Virus record (IMG/VR): IMGVR_UViG_3300028833_000061
Coordinates: 96,001-160,000 of that record
Source: a virus
Taxonomy: Duplodnaviria; Caudoviricetes
DNA: 64,000 bases
Direction: 5' to 3' (one strand)
Numbering within the stretch: the stretch's first letter is position 1; the number at the start of each line of letters is the position of its first letter. Shown piece by piece: positions 46,198-56,460 of this stretch. A program made the translations under genes and the position numbers. The notes beneath the pieces were generated by a model. That model saw only the letters and a program-made list of their open reading frames with translations. It was not told where the DNA came from and did not search any database.

Positions 46198-49100
46198 TTA
46201 CAAGGATGGATTTACTGCCGGAGCTGACGATGAGTCTGATACCTCAACCGAGCATCCAGGAACGATTGATACGAATATAGGATTGTCCGACGAAGACCCG
46301 ATAGAAGCCTGTTCTGACTCGCCCTGTTTCACATTAACGTCGTCTAGCTTATAACTGCCGCCTGTGCCCCTTTGCTCTTCTGTTTTAGCTGCCTCCTCTG
46401 TGCTTCCTACGTGCTTTCCTGCAGTGGCTGTAGCTGACTCTTCACGTATGATTTCAGCGTTTTCACTCATACTTCCGCCTTCTACCGGAGCTTCTGCACC
46501 GCCAGCTACTGTAGGGGTAGACCCCTTGCCAGGTACATCTTTTCCGCCAGCAACAGCGTTAAGTTCGTTGGTAATGGCTTCTTCGTTGTCGACTATCTTG
46601 TCTTTCCAGTCTTCAGAGACATTGCCTTCTTCGTCTAGTATTCCAAACTTTGTAAGAATACCCTTTACCTTGGCTATGCCAGCAGCCTTCTCTTCGTCGG
46701 TAGTGCCAGGCTTGAACATCATATCAATTGCTTCATCGAGATTGCCGGTAGTAAGTCCGCTTATCACAGCCTGCGACATCGTCATATATGCAGCCGGTGC
46801 GTTTTCGTCGACCATAGCCTGTATATGCTTTCCAAGCATCTCAAGGTATTCGCCAGTAGACAACACCCTCTTATCGAGAGACTTGAGCGAACCAGACAAC
46901 TTGTTTGCGGCAACCATCGCACCACCAAAACCAGAATCTGCCGCATTTGCTGTAGCAACTGTCTCTACTACACCACCCATGTCTGCATCTGATGCAGCCA
47001 GTGCAGTTCCGCCAACCGTTTCAAGAGCAGAAAGAAACTTCTCCTTGTCCTCATCCCCTAGGGCGGCTACAGCCTTGTATAGATCTTCTCCACTAAGTCC
47101 GGAAAGAGCAGCGAGGGCTGAACCTTCTTCGGCGCCTTCTGCCGCTTTCTTGGCAGCCTCTGAGAACATTGTGTCCACGGTAGCTCTGTTGTAGCTCCTG
47201 TCTCCTATTGTAACTACGTCCTGAAACGCTGTTTCGGAACCCATGACCTTGATAAGAGTGCGGGCGTCTGTACCAGAAAAAACCTTTTTCTTCTCTCCGT
47301 TCTCGTCTTCAATTTCCAAAGCAGACAAGGCTGTGTCGAGCTTCTCGTTTACTTGATTATCAGCAAACACATCCGCATACTCCGAGTTAGGTCCAGTCAG
47401 CTCGCCAAGCTCTCTGTAGGCCTCTTGCATCTTCTCGTCCCTGTCCGGGCCTGTAGCGTTCTTGGCCTCCTCGAACTTCTTTCTTACGCCTTCAAGCTTT
47501 GCCTTGAATTCGGCAGCCTTCTCTTTTCTCTTGTTCGTCTGGTCGGCGTCATACTTCGCAGACCACTCCTCCTTTGTGTCTCCGAAGCCCAGCTCCTTTA
47601 TCTCTTCGTCTGTCTTGCCTTCTGCCTTGAGCTCGTCTCTTTTCGCTTTGTATTTCTCGTATTCGGCATCTTTTACGCTGTCATACTTCTTATCCTTGAA
47701 ATACTTGTCTCCAAACGCCTGCTCGTCTTCCGCGAGTCCGACAAGTGTGTCAATGATTGCCTCTCCGCCTTCGAATACAAGACCACGCTGATTCTCGTCC
47801 AAGTGCCCAGCTCCGGCATAGTATCTCCTGTCAACAGAAATACCGGTCTCACTCGCACGAATCTCGTCCGCTATCATTCTAGCCGTCTTCGTGCTAGATC
47901 TAGCCGTATGGATGTCTGGGCGTGTGAACGTACTATTGGTGTATACGAGCGCTACAGTGTCATCAGAGGTCAGAACGCCTCCATCGGCCGACAACTCGTT
48001 CAACGCATTGACAACCGCTTCGTCAGAGCCATCTCTAAGTGCATCCTGCACTATCTTCGCCGTCTTCGCATCTACCTTTGTAAGACCTGAATCCCTTAGC
48101 TGCGTCAGTACCTTTCTAGCGTCGGCAGCCCGTATTCCGTCAGACGCGTCTCCTCCGTGGGATTCTATTATCTCCTTTATGCGATCTTCATTGGTCAAAG
48201 CAGTTTTCGAGTCCAGCTTCCTGTTTGCAAACTCATTCGTTACAGCATCCGCAGCGGCTGCAGTGGCATTGGTTCTAAGCATAGTCACGAAATCTGAATC
48301 GCCTAGATTCCCGGACATCTCCTCGAACACTCGTAAAGCAGCACCTACGCCACCATCCTTGTCGTCTTTGTGCTCCTGCATAGCCTTAAGCATATATTCC
48401 TCTAGAGCGCCTGCGCCTGCGATCTGTCCTGCATGATCGTGTAATGCCTTTTGTATCTCGGCAAATTTGGCCTGGTTTGCTTTTTGTTTGATGTCTTCGC
48501 TCTTGTAGCCTGCATCCTTTGCCATGTTCGTGGCCATGTCGAGACCGGTATTTGCGATTGTCCTTTCCATGATGGACCGGTCTTCCCTTGCCGATGCCTG
48601 CAGTCCTCTATCCAGAAGATCATTCAACGCTTCAGGGTCGTTTCCTACGGCATCCGCAAACATTTTGTATGTCGTATCGTTGAATATATCCTCCCTCGTA
48701 AGCCCCATTGCGTCGGCTACCATCGAAACAGCCATAGACATGCTCCTCTGGTCGCCGCTGGAAAACAACTGTCCTATTCTATGTGCAGTGGTGCTGTCAC
48801 GGGCTATGACGCCCTTCATCATCGCATATTCGAAAGCTGTCATGGCCTTGTTGGCCGAAGACCCTGCGAACTCTATCGCGCGCCAGTTTGCCCTGGCCTT
48901 CAATCGCTGCACCTGCACCGGATTAAGGCCAGCTCCGCCATCCTGCATGTTCGCGAGCTCATTTGCGAGAAATCTTTGCGATATTCCTTGTACGGTAGGA
49001 GTATTTACATACCCGCCTGCGACATCTGCCGGAGAGTATCCCATAGCTTGTTGCACGCCTGCCATTCCTGTCGCAAGCATATTGCCTACAACCTGATGGT

Positions 49101-50094
49101 CGAGTCCGTTCATCTGGCCAAGCGCCTGCAGTCCTCGTGTCTGATTTACAACACGTTGCAGCGCGTCGGCAGACATATTGGACCAGCCGCCTCCTGTTAT
49201 CTGGTTAAGCATTCGCTTTGCTGCGTCTGCGCTTCCAAACAGATCTCTAAACGCCTCGAGCGTCTTTATCGCCTGCTTTCCTACGGTTTCGAATCTAGCA
49301 CCGAGATCCTCTCCTGCACCGGCCGACGCTGCTACTTGCTCAAGCACACTGGATACGTCAGATATTGAAAATCCGCGCATGAAGTCTTCGTTGCGTATAA
49401 ACGTATCGCCTTTGTACATGGAAGCACGTGCCGCACGAGTATAATCATTCACTACACCGCTAGCTCTGTCGCTCCAAGTGTTTGACAGAACATTCCTGTC
49501 CTGCATCATTATACTCCTCGACTCAGGACTTAACCGAGACATCGTCAGCGCTTCGCTTCGCTGCGCAGCACGGATTCCCTCTAGACCGTAATCCTCTACG
49601 CCGAATATCCCCTGGAATATGCTTATAGCTGTATCAGACAGCCCGGACTCGTCGTTCAGTACCGACTTTTCAAGCTCATCAAGTTCGGCCTGCCTTGCAG
49701 AATCGTTTCCGGCAGCTCGTCTTGCAAGTCCGGTGAGAACCTTTCCAAACGCCTTTCTTGACTGCAGCCTGCTGTTTCTTACGGCTCCTCCCATGCGCTT
49801 TGCGTTGTCAGAGAACCTACCATAGGCATATGCACCTAGTTCTCCGGCGTTAGGCTCGTTCCACGAAGGAATCCTGAACGGATTTCGCATCCCAAGCATG
49901 CTACGAGTAACATAATCCATGATGACAGAACCGAATTCGCCAAGCATGCCTGAACCGCCGCCGACGGTTGTATTATACGGATCTACAAACGGATCATCCT
50001 GGCCGGCAAAACCATACGTTCCAACGGCAATATCTCCATATATGTCGTTGGCCCTGGCCCTATTGGCTCCTCCGTAGTAGTATCCTTGGCTCAT
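46198..50094 (-). CDS. tail tape measure protein
   Basis: 1298 aa, Ala/Gly-rich and helical; follows the frameshifted chaperone pair. Confidence 0.8.
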   Translation of the reverse strand: MSQGYYYGGANRARANDIYGDIAVGTYGFAGQDDPFVDPYNTTVGGGSGMLGEFGSVIMDYVTRSMLGMRNPFRIPSWNEPNAGELGAYAYGRFSDNAKRMGGAVRNSRLQSRKAFGKVLTGLARRAAGNDSARQAELDELEKSVLNDESGLSDTAISIFQGIFGVEDYGLEGIRAAQRSEALTMSRLSPESRSIMMQDRNVLSNTWSDRASGVVNDYTRAARASMYKGDTFIRNEDFMRGFSISDVSSVLEQVAASAGAGEDLGARFETVGKQAIKTLEAFRDLFGSADAAKRMLNQITGGGWSNMSADALQRVVNQTRGLQALGQMNGLDHQVVGNMLATGMAGVQQAMGYSPADVAGGYVNTPTVQGISQRFLANELANMQDGGAGLNPVQVQRLKARANWRAIEFAGSSANKAMTAFEYAMMKGVIARDSTTAHRIGQLFSSGDQRSMSMAVSMVADAMGLTREDIFNDTTYKMFADAVGNDPEALNDLLDRGLQASAREDRSIMERTIANTGLDMATNMAKDAGYKSEDIKQKANQAKFAEIQKALHDHAGQIAGAGALEEYMLKAMQEHKDDKDGGVGAALRVFEEMSGNLGDSDFVTMLRTNATAAAADAVTNEFANRKLDSKTALTNEDRIKEIIESHGGDASDGIRAADARKVLTQLRDSGLTKVDAKTAKIVQDALRDGSDEAVVNALNELSADGGVLTSDDTVALVYTNSTFTRPDIHTARSSTKTARMIADEIRASETGISVDRRYYAGAGHLDENQRGLVFEGGEAIIDTLVGLAEDEQAFGDKYFKDKKYDSVKDAEYEKYKAKRDELKAEGKTDEEIKELGFGDTKEEWSAKYDADQTNKRKEKAAEFKAKLEGVRKKFEEAKNATGPDRDEKMQEAYRELGELTGPNSEYADVFADNQVNEKLDTALSALEIEDENGEKKKVFSGTDARTLIKVMGSETAFQDVVTIGDRSYNRATVDTMFSEAAKKAAEGAEEGSALAALSGLSGEDLYKAVAALGDEDKEKFLSALETVGGTALAASDADMGGVVETVATANAADSGFGGAMVAANKLSGSLKSLDKRVLSTGEYLEMLGKHIQAMVDENAPAAYMTMSQAVISGLTTGNLDEAIDMMFKPGTTDEEKAAGIAKVKGILTKFGILDEEGNVSEDWKDKIVDNEEAITNELNAVAGGKDVPGKGSTPTVAGGAEAPVEGGSMSENAEIIREESATATAGKHVGSTEEAAKTEEQRGTGGSYKLDDVNVKQGESEQASIGSSSDNPIFVSIVPGCSVEVSDSSSAPAVNPSL

Positions 50095-50106
50095 TCAGTG
50101 TCTCCG

Positions 50107-50559
50107 CTACTTATCTGCTTTTTCAGTTTCCTTGGCCTCCTGAGCTTTCTTTTTAGCTTGCTCAGCCAGCTCGCGCTGCCTTTTCTTGTATGCGTTATAG
50201 TATTCTGCCAATTCTCTTCCGTTTGTCGGTCTGCCCATAGCTCTGTTAGCTTCTACTTTAGACTTCTTAACAGCATCGCGATGCTGGTGCATTCCTATGT
50301 ATGGAAGTATGTCGAAAGCCTTTTTCGCTGCATCGTTGGCTCCAGAAAGAGCCTTCGAGTCCTTCGGGCCTGAAGCCCATGAAGCTTTGGCTACGTAATC
50401 TGAAAGCCGTATGTTAAGCAGATCCTTCGTTTCAAGTACGTCTCTCACAAACCCTTTCGTTATTTCTGAATGCGGAAGCCTTAAAGACGTATTCGCAGTG
50501 TGGTCTATGCAGTGCACGCGCTCTACTTCCCGGTAGACCCACCGGGATTCCAAAAATTT
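50107..50559 (-). CDS. tail assembly chaperone, -1 frame extension (gpT equivalent)
   Basis: frame opens at the slippery site, with no ATG or RBS of its own. Confidence 0.7.
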   Translation of the reverse strand, partial: KFLESRWVYREVERVHCIDHTANTSLRLPHSEITKGFVRDVLETKDLLNIRLSDYVAKASWASGPKDSKALSGANDAAKKAFDILPYIGMHQHRDAVKKSKVEANRAMGRPTNGRELAEYYNAYKKRQRELAEQAKKKAQEAKETEKADK

Positions 50560-51221
50560 TCATCTCTAGAAGCTCCAACCATCTTCCAGTATTTAGCCTC
50601 AAACTCTACAAGAGCTGCACCAAGTGCAGAGATTAGAGACTCTGGCTTGCTGCGCCATATATCCAAGTCAGCCTCCCAAGCCGGCGGATGTACACCATCG
50701 AGGTCCTCAGTAAATTTCAGAGGCTTCTTCATTTCGGCGTACTCTACGCCATTAATTTCTGCCACCTGTGCAACAAGAAGGGCGGCTAACGACGTATCTG
50801 ACACATCTGCCTTCGTTACGAACTTTCCGTCAATCCCGCTCTTATGCATATATGCCAATATAGCCTCGGTCTCGTCTACGCTTCTCGACCTAAACTTCAC
50901 CCTTAGATTTCCGCCGAAAAGATCAACGGTCTGCACAAACCTATTACCGGTTGTCACGGCCTTAAGAAACTCCAGCTTGTCGCTGTTTGTTATAGTGACG
51001 CGCTCCTGGGTCTTGTCGAGCACGGTCCTGTCATCATCTGCGTTGTCAGCAGATCGAACTAAAGTGTCGAACTTCTTGACCGTGGACGTATCTGTATCTG
51101 TCACGCCCTTCAATGGAACATATGTATCGTTCGACGGATTCTTTGCTGCAGTGTTTTCTTGCGGGCCTTGCGCCTGCGTGGGCTGGGCGCCTGCGTTTTC
51201 TTTTGTTTCGGTTATTTTCAT
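50523..51221 (-). CDS. tail assembly chaperone (gpG equivalent)
   Basis: ends ...DENFW; upstream of TMP. Confidence 0.75.
   Translation of the reverse strand: MKITETKENAGAQPTQAQGPQENTAAKNPSNDTYVPLKGVTDTDTSTVKKFDTLVRSADNADDDRTVLDKTQERVTITNSDKLEFLKAVTTGNRFVQTVDLFGGNLRVKFRSRSVDETEAILAYMHKSGIDGKFVTKADVSDTSLAALLVAQVAEINGVEYAEMKKPLKFTEDLDGVHPPAWEADLDIWRSKPESLISALGAALVEFEAKYWKMVGASRDENFWNPGGSTGK
50527..50559 (-). promoter_or_regulatory. programmed -1 ribosomal frameshift signal A AAT TTT plus hairpin
   Basis: in-frame heptamer at 50559-50553; TCCCGGT-GGGTCT-ACCGGGA stem 5 nt downstream. Confidence 0.75.
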
Positions 51222-51230
51222 TTTTGCTGG

Positions 51231-53798
51231 CTATTTTTTCTTGTTCTTGGATTTTGAATCATCTTCGTCGTCGTCAGGATGCAGTACTGGAACTACAAAA
51301 TCTGACAACGGATCTAGCTCTATCATGTATTCGTCTCGTTCTTCCTCAATGTCTATATTATCATATTCATTGTCGCAAAGCATTGAAACGGTTTTATCTT
51401 TAGTTCCTTCTTTTATCTTGCGCTCGATCTTTATCTGATTCAGCGTAGGATCCTTGAATTTTTTGAGGTGTGCATACTTGCCGTCTTTAACGGCTGAAGT
51501 ACCTGGCCACGGATATCGTCCGTCGACTGGATGATCCTCGCCCCACTCCGAAAGCGAAAGATTCTTATCTCCGCTCTTTCCTTTTAGATCCTCGACTAGC
51601 GGATATATCTCGTTCTCTACAAGCACAGACCAGTATGGCTGGTACAACATAAACTTGCCGAACCTGTCTGTTATGTCTGAACTCTTCGCAGTACCGCACT
51701 CCTTCGACGACCTGAATGAGAACAGCGATTTGGATATCGTGCTTGTAGGACTCAGAGGAGAACTCGTGAATATCTTGTTTGATGCCGTAGCAAATTTCTC
51801 GAGGTACGATGTAAACCTGCTGCTGTAGTCCTGGCCGAAGTCGAGCCATATAGGAACACCAACCTGCCCAGATGTCGTAAACACGACGCCTCCCGAACCG
51901 GAAACAATGGCGGTATCCCCTACAATAGCCGCAGTTCCTCCGTTAAACATCGCTCCGCACCCTGAACCAGACAGCATAATACCGTTGGCAGCTGACATTC
52001 CGGCTCTATCTCCGTCTATCATTACTAGGTTGTCGCTTACGATGCTCGTCGTAGTCTTGGAATACACGGAGGCATCGTCGGCTAATATTGCAACGCCGGA
52101 ATCCTTTGCCTTTATGACAATTCCTGTGCCATCATACTCTTCGCCTTTATTGGACGAGCCCTTGACTTTCTGCTTTGAGAAGCTTTCAAGAACAATGCTC
52201 CCTCTGTCTTCAGTATCATCAGAGCCTGCGGCTATCCTTACGTTGCAATCTGCATGTATTGTAACGTCATTGTCAGAAGCGAGTATGTCTACGCTCTTAA
52301 GCGCCTTGACGACAGCGTCATCACCAGCCATTGCCACGAAAGATCTTCCAGGCTGAATATTTATGTTTCCGCATGCGCTTATGGTTATACTACCGCCCTC
52401 CATAACTATCTCTGAACCCCAGGCATCCCTTATGATTATCGCACCGGACGGAAGACAATACACTCCTGCCTTCCTTCCGACGTTTTCCTCGAGGTTGTCT
52501 TCCTTGATTGACTTAGCAGACGTACCTGACTCATCCTGCAAAGGATCCAGGTCCTTTACTTCCTTAAGGTAAAATTCGTCATTGTCGCTAGATGAGCCGC
52601 TTTTCTCTACATACTCAAGAAATCTGGCATACGACTGCTTGTATTCGTGCACCATCCTGTCTGCAAGAGCAATCGCATCGTAATGCCCAGAACTTTTTTC
52701 GTCGCTGTCCTTTGGCTTTACAAACTTGACGACGTCCTTTCGTTCTATGTCTGCACTGTCTATTCCTTCTGGATCGTCAAATTCACGTATCCTTATAGGA
52801 ACTGGTATCATATCGCTTCTCTCTAAAGCGAATCCTCCCGCCGACCTGTACAGTAGTCTTCCATTGTCATTGATATGAAGCTGCATAAGGCCCAGATCAT
52901 CCGGCTCCTTGTCAGCCGTAGTACGCAGCGTCTTGCTGTCGTCCTTATCGCAGTCTGGAGACCTGGACAAGAAACTGCTTATTATTCCGCCCAGGTATCC
53001 CTTGTATGTTCTAAGCCTGTATTTTCCTACAGGACGATTCTCGTCCTCGTCGTCCGGTCGCTCTGCCTTTATGCCATAGCCGCCCTTACGTTCGCCAAGG
53101 TACGGGGCAAAGAAAGCCTCCTCTGTTATATAACCGCCGTCTAGAAATGCTTTTTTAAATCCAGATATATCATACTGTCTGAAATTCTTCGAAACTATCT
53201 CTACGCAGTTATCTACTATGGAAGCAGATACACGAGCCTGGCCGCCTCTTAGAGACATCGTGAGCGTATCTCCGTCCAAGCCTACGCCATACTCGTTCAA
53301 TCTTACAAAATCACCTGGGAATACATCGCCAGGCCTGTGGTTTCCGGCCCAGAAAGAAGTACCGTCGTTTTTCTCTATTGGGTCGGAATATATAAGCTCT
53401 GTATTTGTATTTGGTCCTTCAAACAGTGTCAAAAGCTGCTTGAGACGATCTTCTGGCTTTTTATCCTTCTCTAGGTTGAACGCACGTGTATCCAAAGTAC
53501 CTAAAATATAGCCTAGGCCACTTGAATCAGCATTCAACATAACAACAACGACAGATCCCTCTTTTGGCATATCGCAATCTGCATATCCAAAAGGAGATCC
53601 CTGTGCCGTTCTGGCCAACGTGCATGTTCGATTTCCTACGCCTGATATAGCGACAAGAAAATCGTATGAGCCAACTCCAGTTCTGATTATAGTACCGACA
53701 CGCAGCCTGCCGGCTTTAAGCTGGGCGACATCATCCATAACACGATGCAGCTCTTCTGTGATCTTAGAAACCTGTTCTCTTGAAAATGTGTCTTCCAT
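51231..53798 (-). CDS. baseplate central spike (gp5/VgrG-like)
   Basis: OB-fold signature MPKEGSVVVV...GYILG; beta-helix-like repeats (IIIRDAWGSEIVMEGGSITISACGNINI). Confidence 0.7.
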   Translation of the reverse strand: MEDTFSREQVSKITEELHRVMDDVAQLKAGRLRVGTIIRTGVGSYDFLVAISGVGNRTCTLARTAQGSPFGYADCDMPKEGSVVVVMLNADSSGLGYILGTLDTRAFNLEKDKKPEDRLKQLLTLFEGPNTNTELIYSDPIEKNDGTSFWAGNHRPGDVFPGDFVRLNEYGVGLDGDTLTMSLRGGQARVSASIVDNCVEIVSKNFRQYDISGFKKAFLDGGYITEEAFFAPYLGERKGGYGIKAERPDDEDENRPVGKYRLRTYKGYLGGIISSFLSRSPDCDKDDSKTLRTTADKEPDDLGLMQLHINDNGRLLYRSAGGFALERSDMIPVPIRIREFDDPEGIDSADIERKDVVKFVKPKDSDEKSSGHYDAIALADRMVHEYKQSYARFLEYVEKSGSSSDNDEFYLKEVKDLDPLQDESGTSAKSIKEDNLEENVGRKAGVYCLPSGAIIIRDAWGSEIVMEGGSITISACGNINIQPGRSFVAMAGDDAVVKALKSVDILASDNDVTIHADCNVRIAAGSDDTEDRGSIVLESFSKQKVKGSSNKGEEYDGTGIVIKAKDSGVAILADDASVYSKTTTSIVSDNLVMIDGDRAGMSAANGIMLSGSGCGAMFNGGTAAIVGDTAIVSGSGGVVFTTSGQVGVPIWLDFGQDYSSRFTSYLEKFATASNKIFTSSPLSPTSTISKSLFSFRSSKECGTAKSSDITDRFGKFMLYQPYWSVLVENEIYPLVEDLKGKSGDKNLSLSEWGEDHPVDGRYPWPGTSAVKDGKYAHLKKFKDPTLNQIKIERKIKEGTKDKTVSMLCDNEYDNIDIEEERDEYMIELDPLSDFVVPVLHPDDDEDDSKSKNKKK

Positions 53799-53823
53799 TC
53801 CTTTTAGTATACTAAAAACATCT

Positions 53824-53858
53824 AAAAAAAAGAAGCGGGCAAAGGCCCGCTCCTTTTT
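53824..53858 (-). terminator. intrinsic terminator after the tail tube gene
   Basis: AGCGGGC...GCCCGCT stem flanked by T-tracts on both strands. Confidence 0.75.
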
Positions 53859-53887
53859 GAGTCATCTCCTTGCGGAGAAAACCTACG

Positions 53888-54358
53888 TTACTCATTTCCA
53901 AGATAGTGGAATACGCCTCCAGCGTTCTCCGTGAAGAACGTATCCTGTGCCTGGCCCTGTATAGAGAACTGGGTCCATATTGCATGCTGGCAGACCACCG
54001 TTGTTGCCTGGTTTGATCCTTGCAGAATTTTTATCTTCGTGCCTAGATCGCATGTCTGGTCAGGTGTGAACGTAATCGTAACAGCCGTAGGAATGCAGTC
54101 TTCGATGCTTGTCTTAACGCCCTTCGCAAGCTCGCCAGCTCCAGCTACATGGCTGAACGAGAATGTGCCCTGTGCAACGCCTTTGGCCATGATAACGTCC
54201 TTTCCAAACGTAAGCACTGGCTGTACCGGCATGTTATATGTGACGTTGGCACCTAGAACGAAAGCGTCTCCGCTCGTTCCTGACACCGTTATCGTTGCCA
54301 TGTTCTGATCTATAACCACGAAGTTTCCTACTTCATTTCCAAAAATGTCTGATGCCAT
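53888..54358 (-). CDS. tail tube protein
   Basis: 156 aa directly after the sheath; strong AAGGAG RBS; followed by a terminator. Confidence 0.7.
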   Translation of the reverse strand: MASDIFGNEVGNFVVIDQNMATITVSGTSGDAFVLGANVTYNMPVQPVLTFGKDVIMAKGVAQGTFSFSHVAGAGELAKGVKTSIEDCIPTAVTITFTPDQTCDLGTKIKILQGSNQATTVVCQHAIWTQFSIQGQAQDTFFTENAGGVFHYLGNE

Positions 54359-54400
54359 GTTTAACTCCTTGTTTTAATCGTTCGATCGTTGTCAGACTTG

Positions 54401-56455
54401 CTAGACCAATCCAACGGTCGCCTCTGTGGTTTCAGTTACTTCAGTGCTGACGTCGACGGTCAGATACAGATCCATCTCGTTGAACGGAGCAGGCAGAACC
54501 ACGACAACGTGTGCGATAATTCTAGTTGCATTGGTAGGGTCGACATTGATGCTCTCGATACGGCCATCGAGGATCTGAGATCCAACAAGATCGTTTGACG
54601 CTGTGTTGTGTGCAAGATAGTACAGACGAGCCAGGATATCTGCCCTTATTCTCCTGATCAACGATGGCGTCACATTGTACGATCCCTTGTATCCTTCGAT
54701 CAGCGAATCGAACTGGTACGTGATGTTATCGAAGTTGACGACCATGGACAGCTCTGACTTCGCTAGCACGTTGGATGACACACCGGTCGTGATCTGCTTC
54801 CTGACATACACCGCGTCACCGGCCTGATCCTGCTTCATCACAAGGCAGCCTCCGGCCGCAGCAGTATCAAGGTCTGCGTCGGTAAACACAGCATAGGTAT
54901 CAGGAACATCGTCTACTCCAGGTATGACCGCGTTGGTGATCGGCGCTTGAGGAACAACGCTGGCCTTCATGCCCGCGATGATAGGAGCAGCGAACAGCGA
55001 GCTGTACGTCTCTCCACCGAATTTATATGTCTTCGGGAACACGTCGACGGCTCTGTGTGTGCCATAGCTCTTAGCAGCGCCTGCAGCAGCGGCGGCCGTC
55101 TCGTGGCTCGTAAGCGTATGAGTAATCGTAGCATCGACCGTCTCGCCATCTACGAAGGCATACTCGTCATCTACGCCAGACTCAGGATCGACATACTTCG
55201 TCTTGGTGAGTATAGACGTCCTGTTCATCTTTCTCGCAGCTACGAACTTGCGTCCATCAGCCAGCTCGATGACATCTCCCTCGACTGCGTCAGGCGCGCC
55301 GCCGTCAGCCTTGACCACAACATATTTCACTCCGTTCTGCGAATACACGCCGAGTCCGGTCACTTCGAAGTCGGTGGTTGTGCTGTCTTCAACCGCAGAG
55401 CACAAAAACGCTGTTCTCCAGTGTTTCACATTCTCGTTAGACATGTTTGTGACATGTGCGACAACGGCAGTGAGAACACCTGCGTCCTGAGACATTGGAA
55501 CCAGGTAGTACAGCGTCTTGTTGTGTCTTGACAGCTCAAGAGCCCGCGTGAATTCAGCGACTGATTCACCGCCTGTGACGTAGTAATACACAACGAACGC
55601 GCCGCCAACGAATGCGTTGAACACGCCCATTGCAATCGGGTTGGCAGGATCTGCCTTTCCTAGCACGTCCTCGACGTCAGCCATCGATGTAGCGACATGA
55701 ATTCCAACAGACGCAGACTTGTGCAGAGTTCTGTATCCGACGGCAACATCTGCCACGAGAACAAGCCTGTTGTTATCACCGATCTTTACAGTCGTATTGG
55801 TGCCAATCTCTACGACTTCAGATGTAACCTTGGACGGCTCGACCTTGACCGATGCAAACTTTCTGCAGATATAAACCTCTGCGTTTCCGTCGCTTACAAA
55901 ATCTGGAAGGCCGTCGACAAGCGTAACAACAGTGTCTGCGCCATCAATCTCGATCTTAAGGATGTTCACGAACTCCCAAGACCCGTCTCCTGTTGTAGGC
56001 CTGAAGGCAATGACATCAGTCAGAGCAACCGGAGATGCGAGATCTGGATCAACTGATTTTCCAATCAACTTCTTTCCGTTGAATCTCAGCACTCCATCGA
56101 GATAATCTCCGACGACTGTAACGTCAGCAAGCTCTCCGAGCTCGTAGAACGAAACACCAGGAAGAAGATTGATGTAGGCATTTTCCGCGTAAACCTCGAC
56201 ACTTGCCTCATCGAGCACGTTTACGGCTGAGACCTCGAACGGCTCTTTGATCACAAGATTAGTCCTGCTGTCGTCGGCTCCGGCCTTCTTCGCCTCGAAG
56301 TAGTGCCTTGTGAGCTGCTCCCTCTCGTCAACGTCGCTGTATCTGTGAAGGTCGTACTGTGGTCCAAACACAAACACATTCTGATCAAGCGGAGTACCAG
56401 CCGTAGGGGTTCCCCAATTCTGGAACACTCTGAATTTGCTGCTGTAATTTGCCAT
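54401..56455 (-). CDS. tail sheath protein
   Basis: 684 aa; C-terminal sheath motifs VRKQITT, ELSMVVNFD and LPAPFNEMDL. Confidence 0.85.
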   Translation of the reverse strand: MANYSSKFRVFQNWGTPTAGTPLDQNVFVFGPQYDLHRYSDVDEREQLTRHYFEAKKAGADDSRTNLVIKEPFEVSAVNVLDEASVEVYAENAYINLLPGVSFYELGELADVTVVGDYLDGVLRFNGKKLIGKSVDPDLASPVALTDVIAFRPTTGDGSWEFVNILKIEIDGADTVVTLVDGLPDFVSDGNAEVYICRKFASVKVEPSKVTSEVVEIGTNTTVKIGDNNRLVLVADVAVGYRTLHKSASVGIHVATSMADVEDVLGKADPANPIAMGVFNAFVGGAFVVYYYVTGGESVAEFTRALELSRHNKTLYYLVPMSQDAGVLTAVVAHVTNMSNENVKHWRTAFLCSAVEDSTTTDFEVTGLGVYSQNGVKYVVVKADGGAPDAVEGDVIELADGRKFVAARKMNRTSILTKTKYVDPESGVDDEYAFVDGETVDATITHTLTSHETAAAAAGAAKSYGTHRAVDVFPKTYKFGGETYSSLFAAPIIAGMKASVVPQAPITNAVIPGVDDVPDTYAVFTDADLDTAAAGGCLVMKQDQAGDAVYVRKQITTGVSSNVLAKSELSMVVNFDNITYQFDSLIEGYKGSYNVTPSLIRRIRADILARLYYLAHNTASNDLVGSQILDGRIESINVDPTNATRIIAHVVVVLPAPFNEMDLYLTVDVSTEVTETTEATVGLV

Positions 56456-56460
56456 GTGAA

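Noticed and set aside
46364-51438. Several long plus-strand ORFs (276, 245, 305 and 312 aa)
   Set aside because: Antisense shadows of the TMP and chaperone genes
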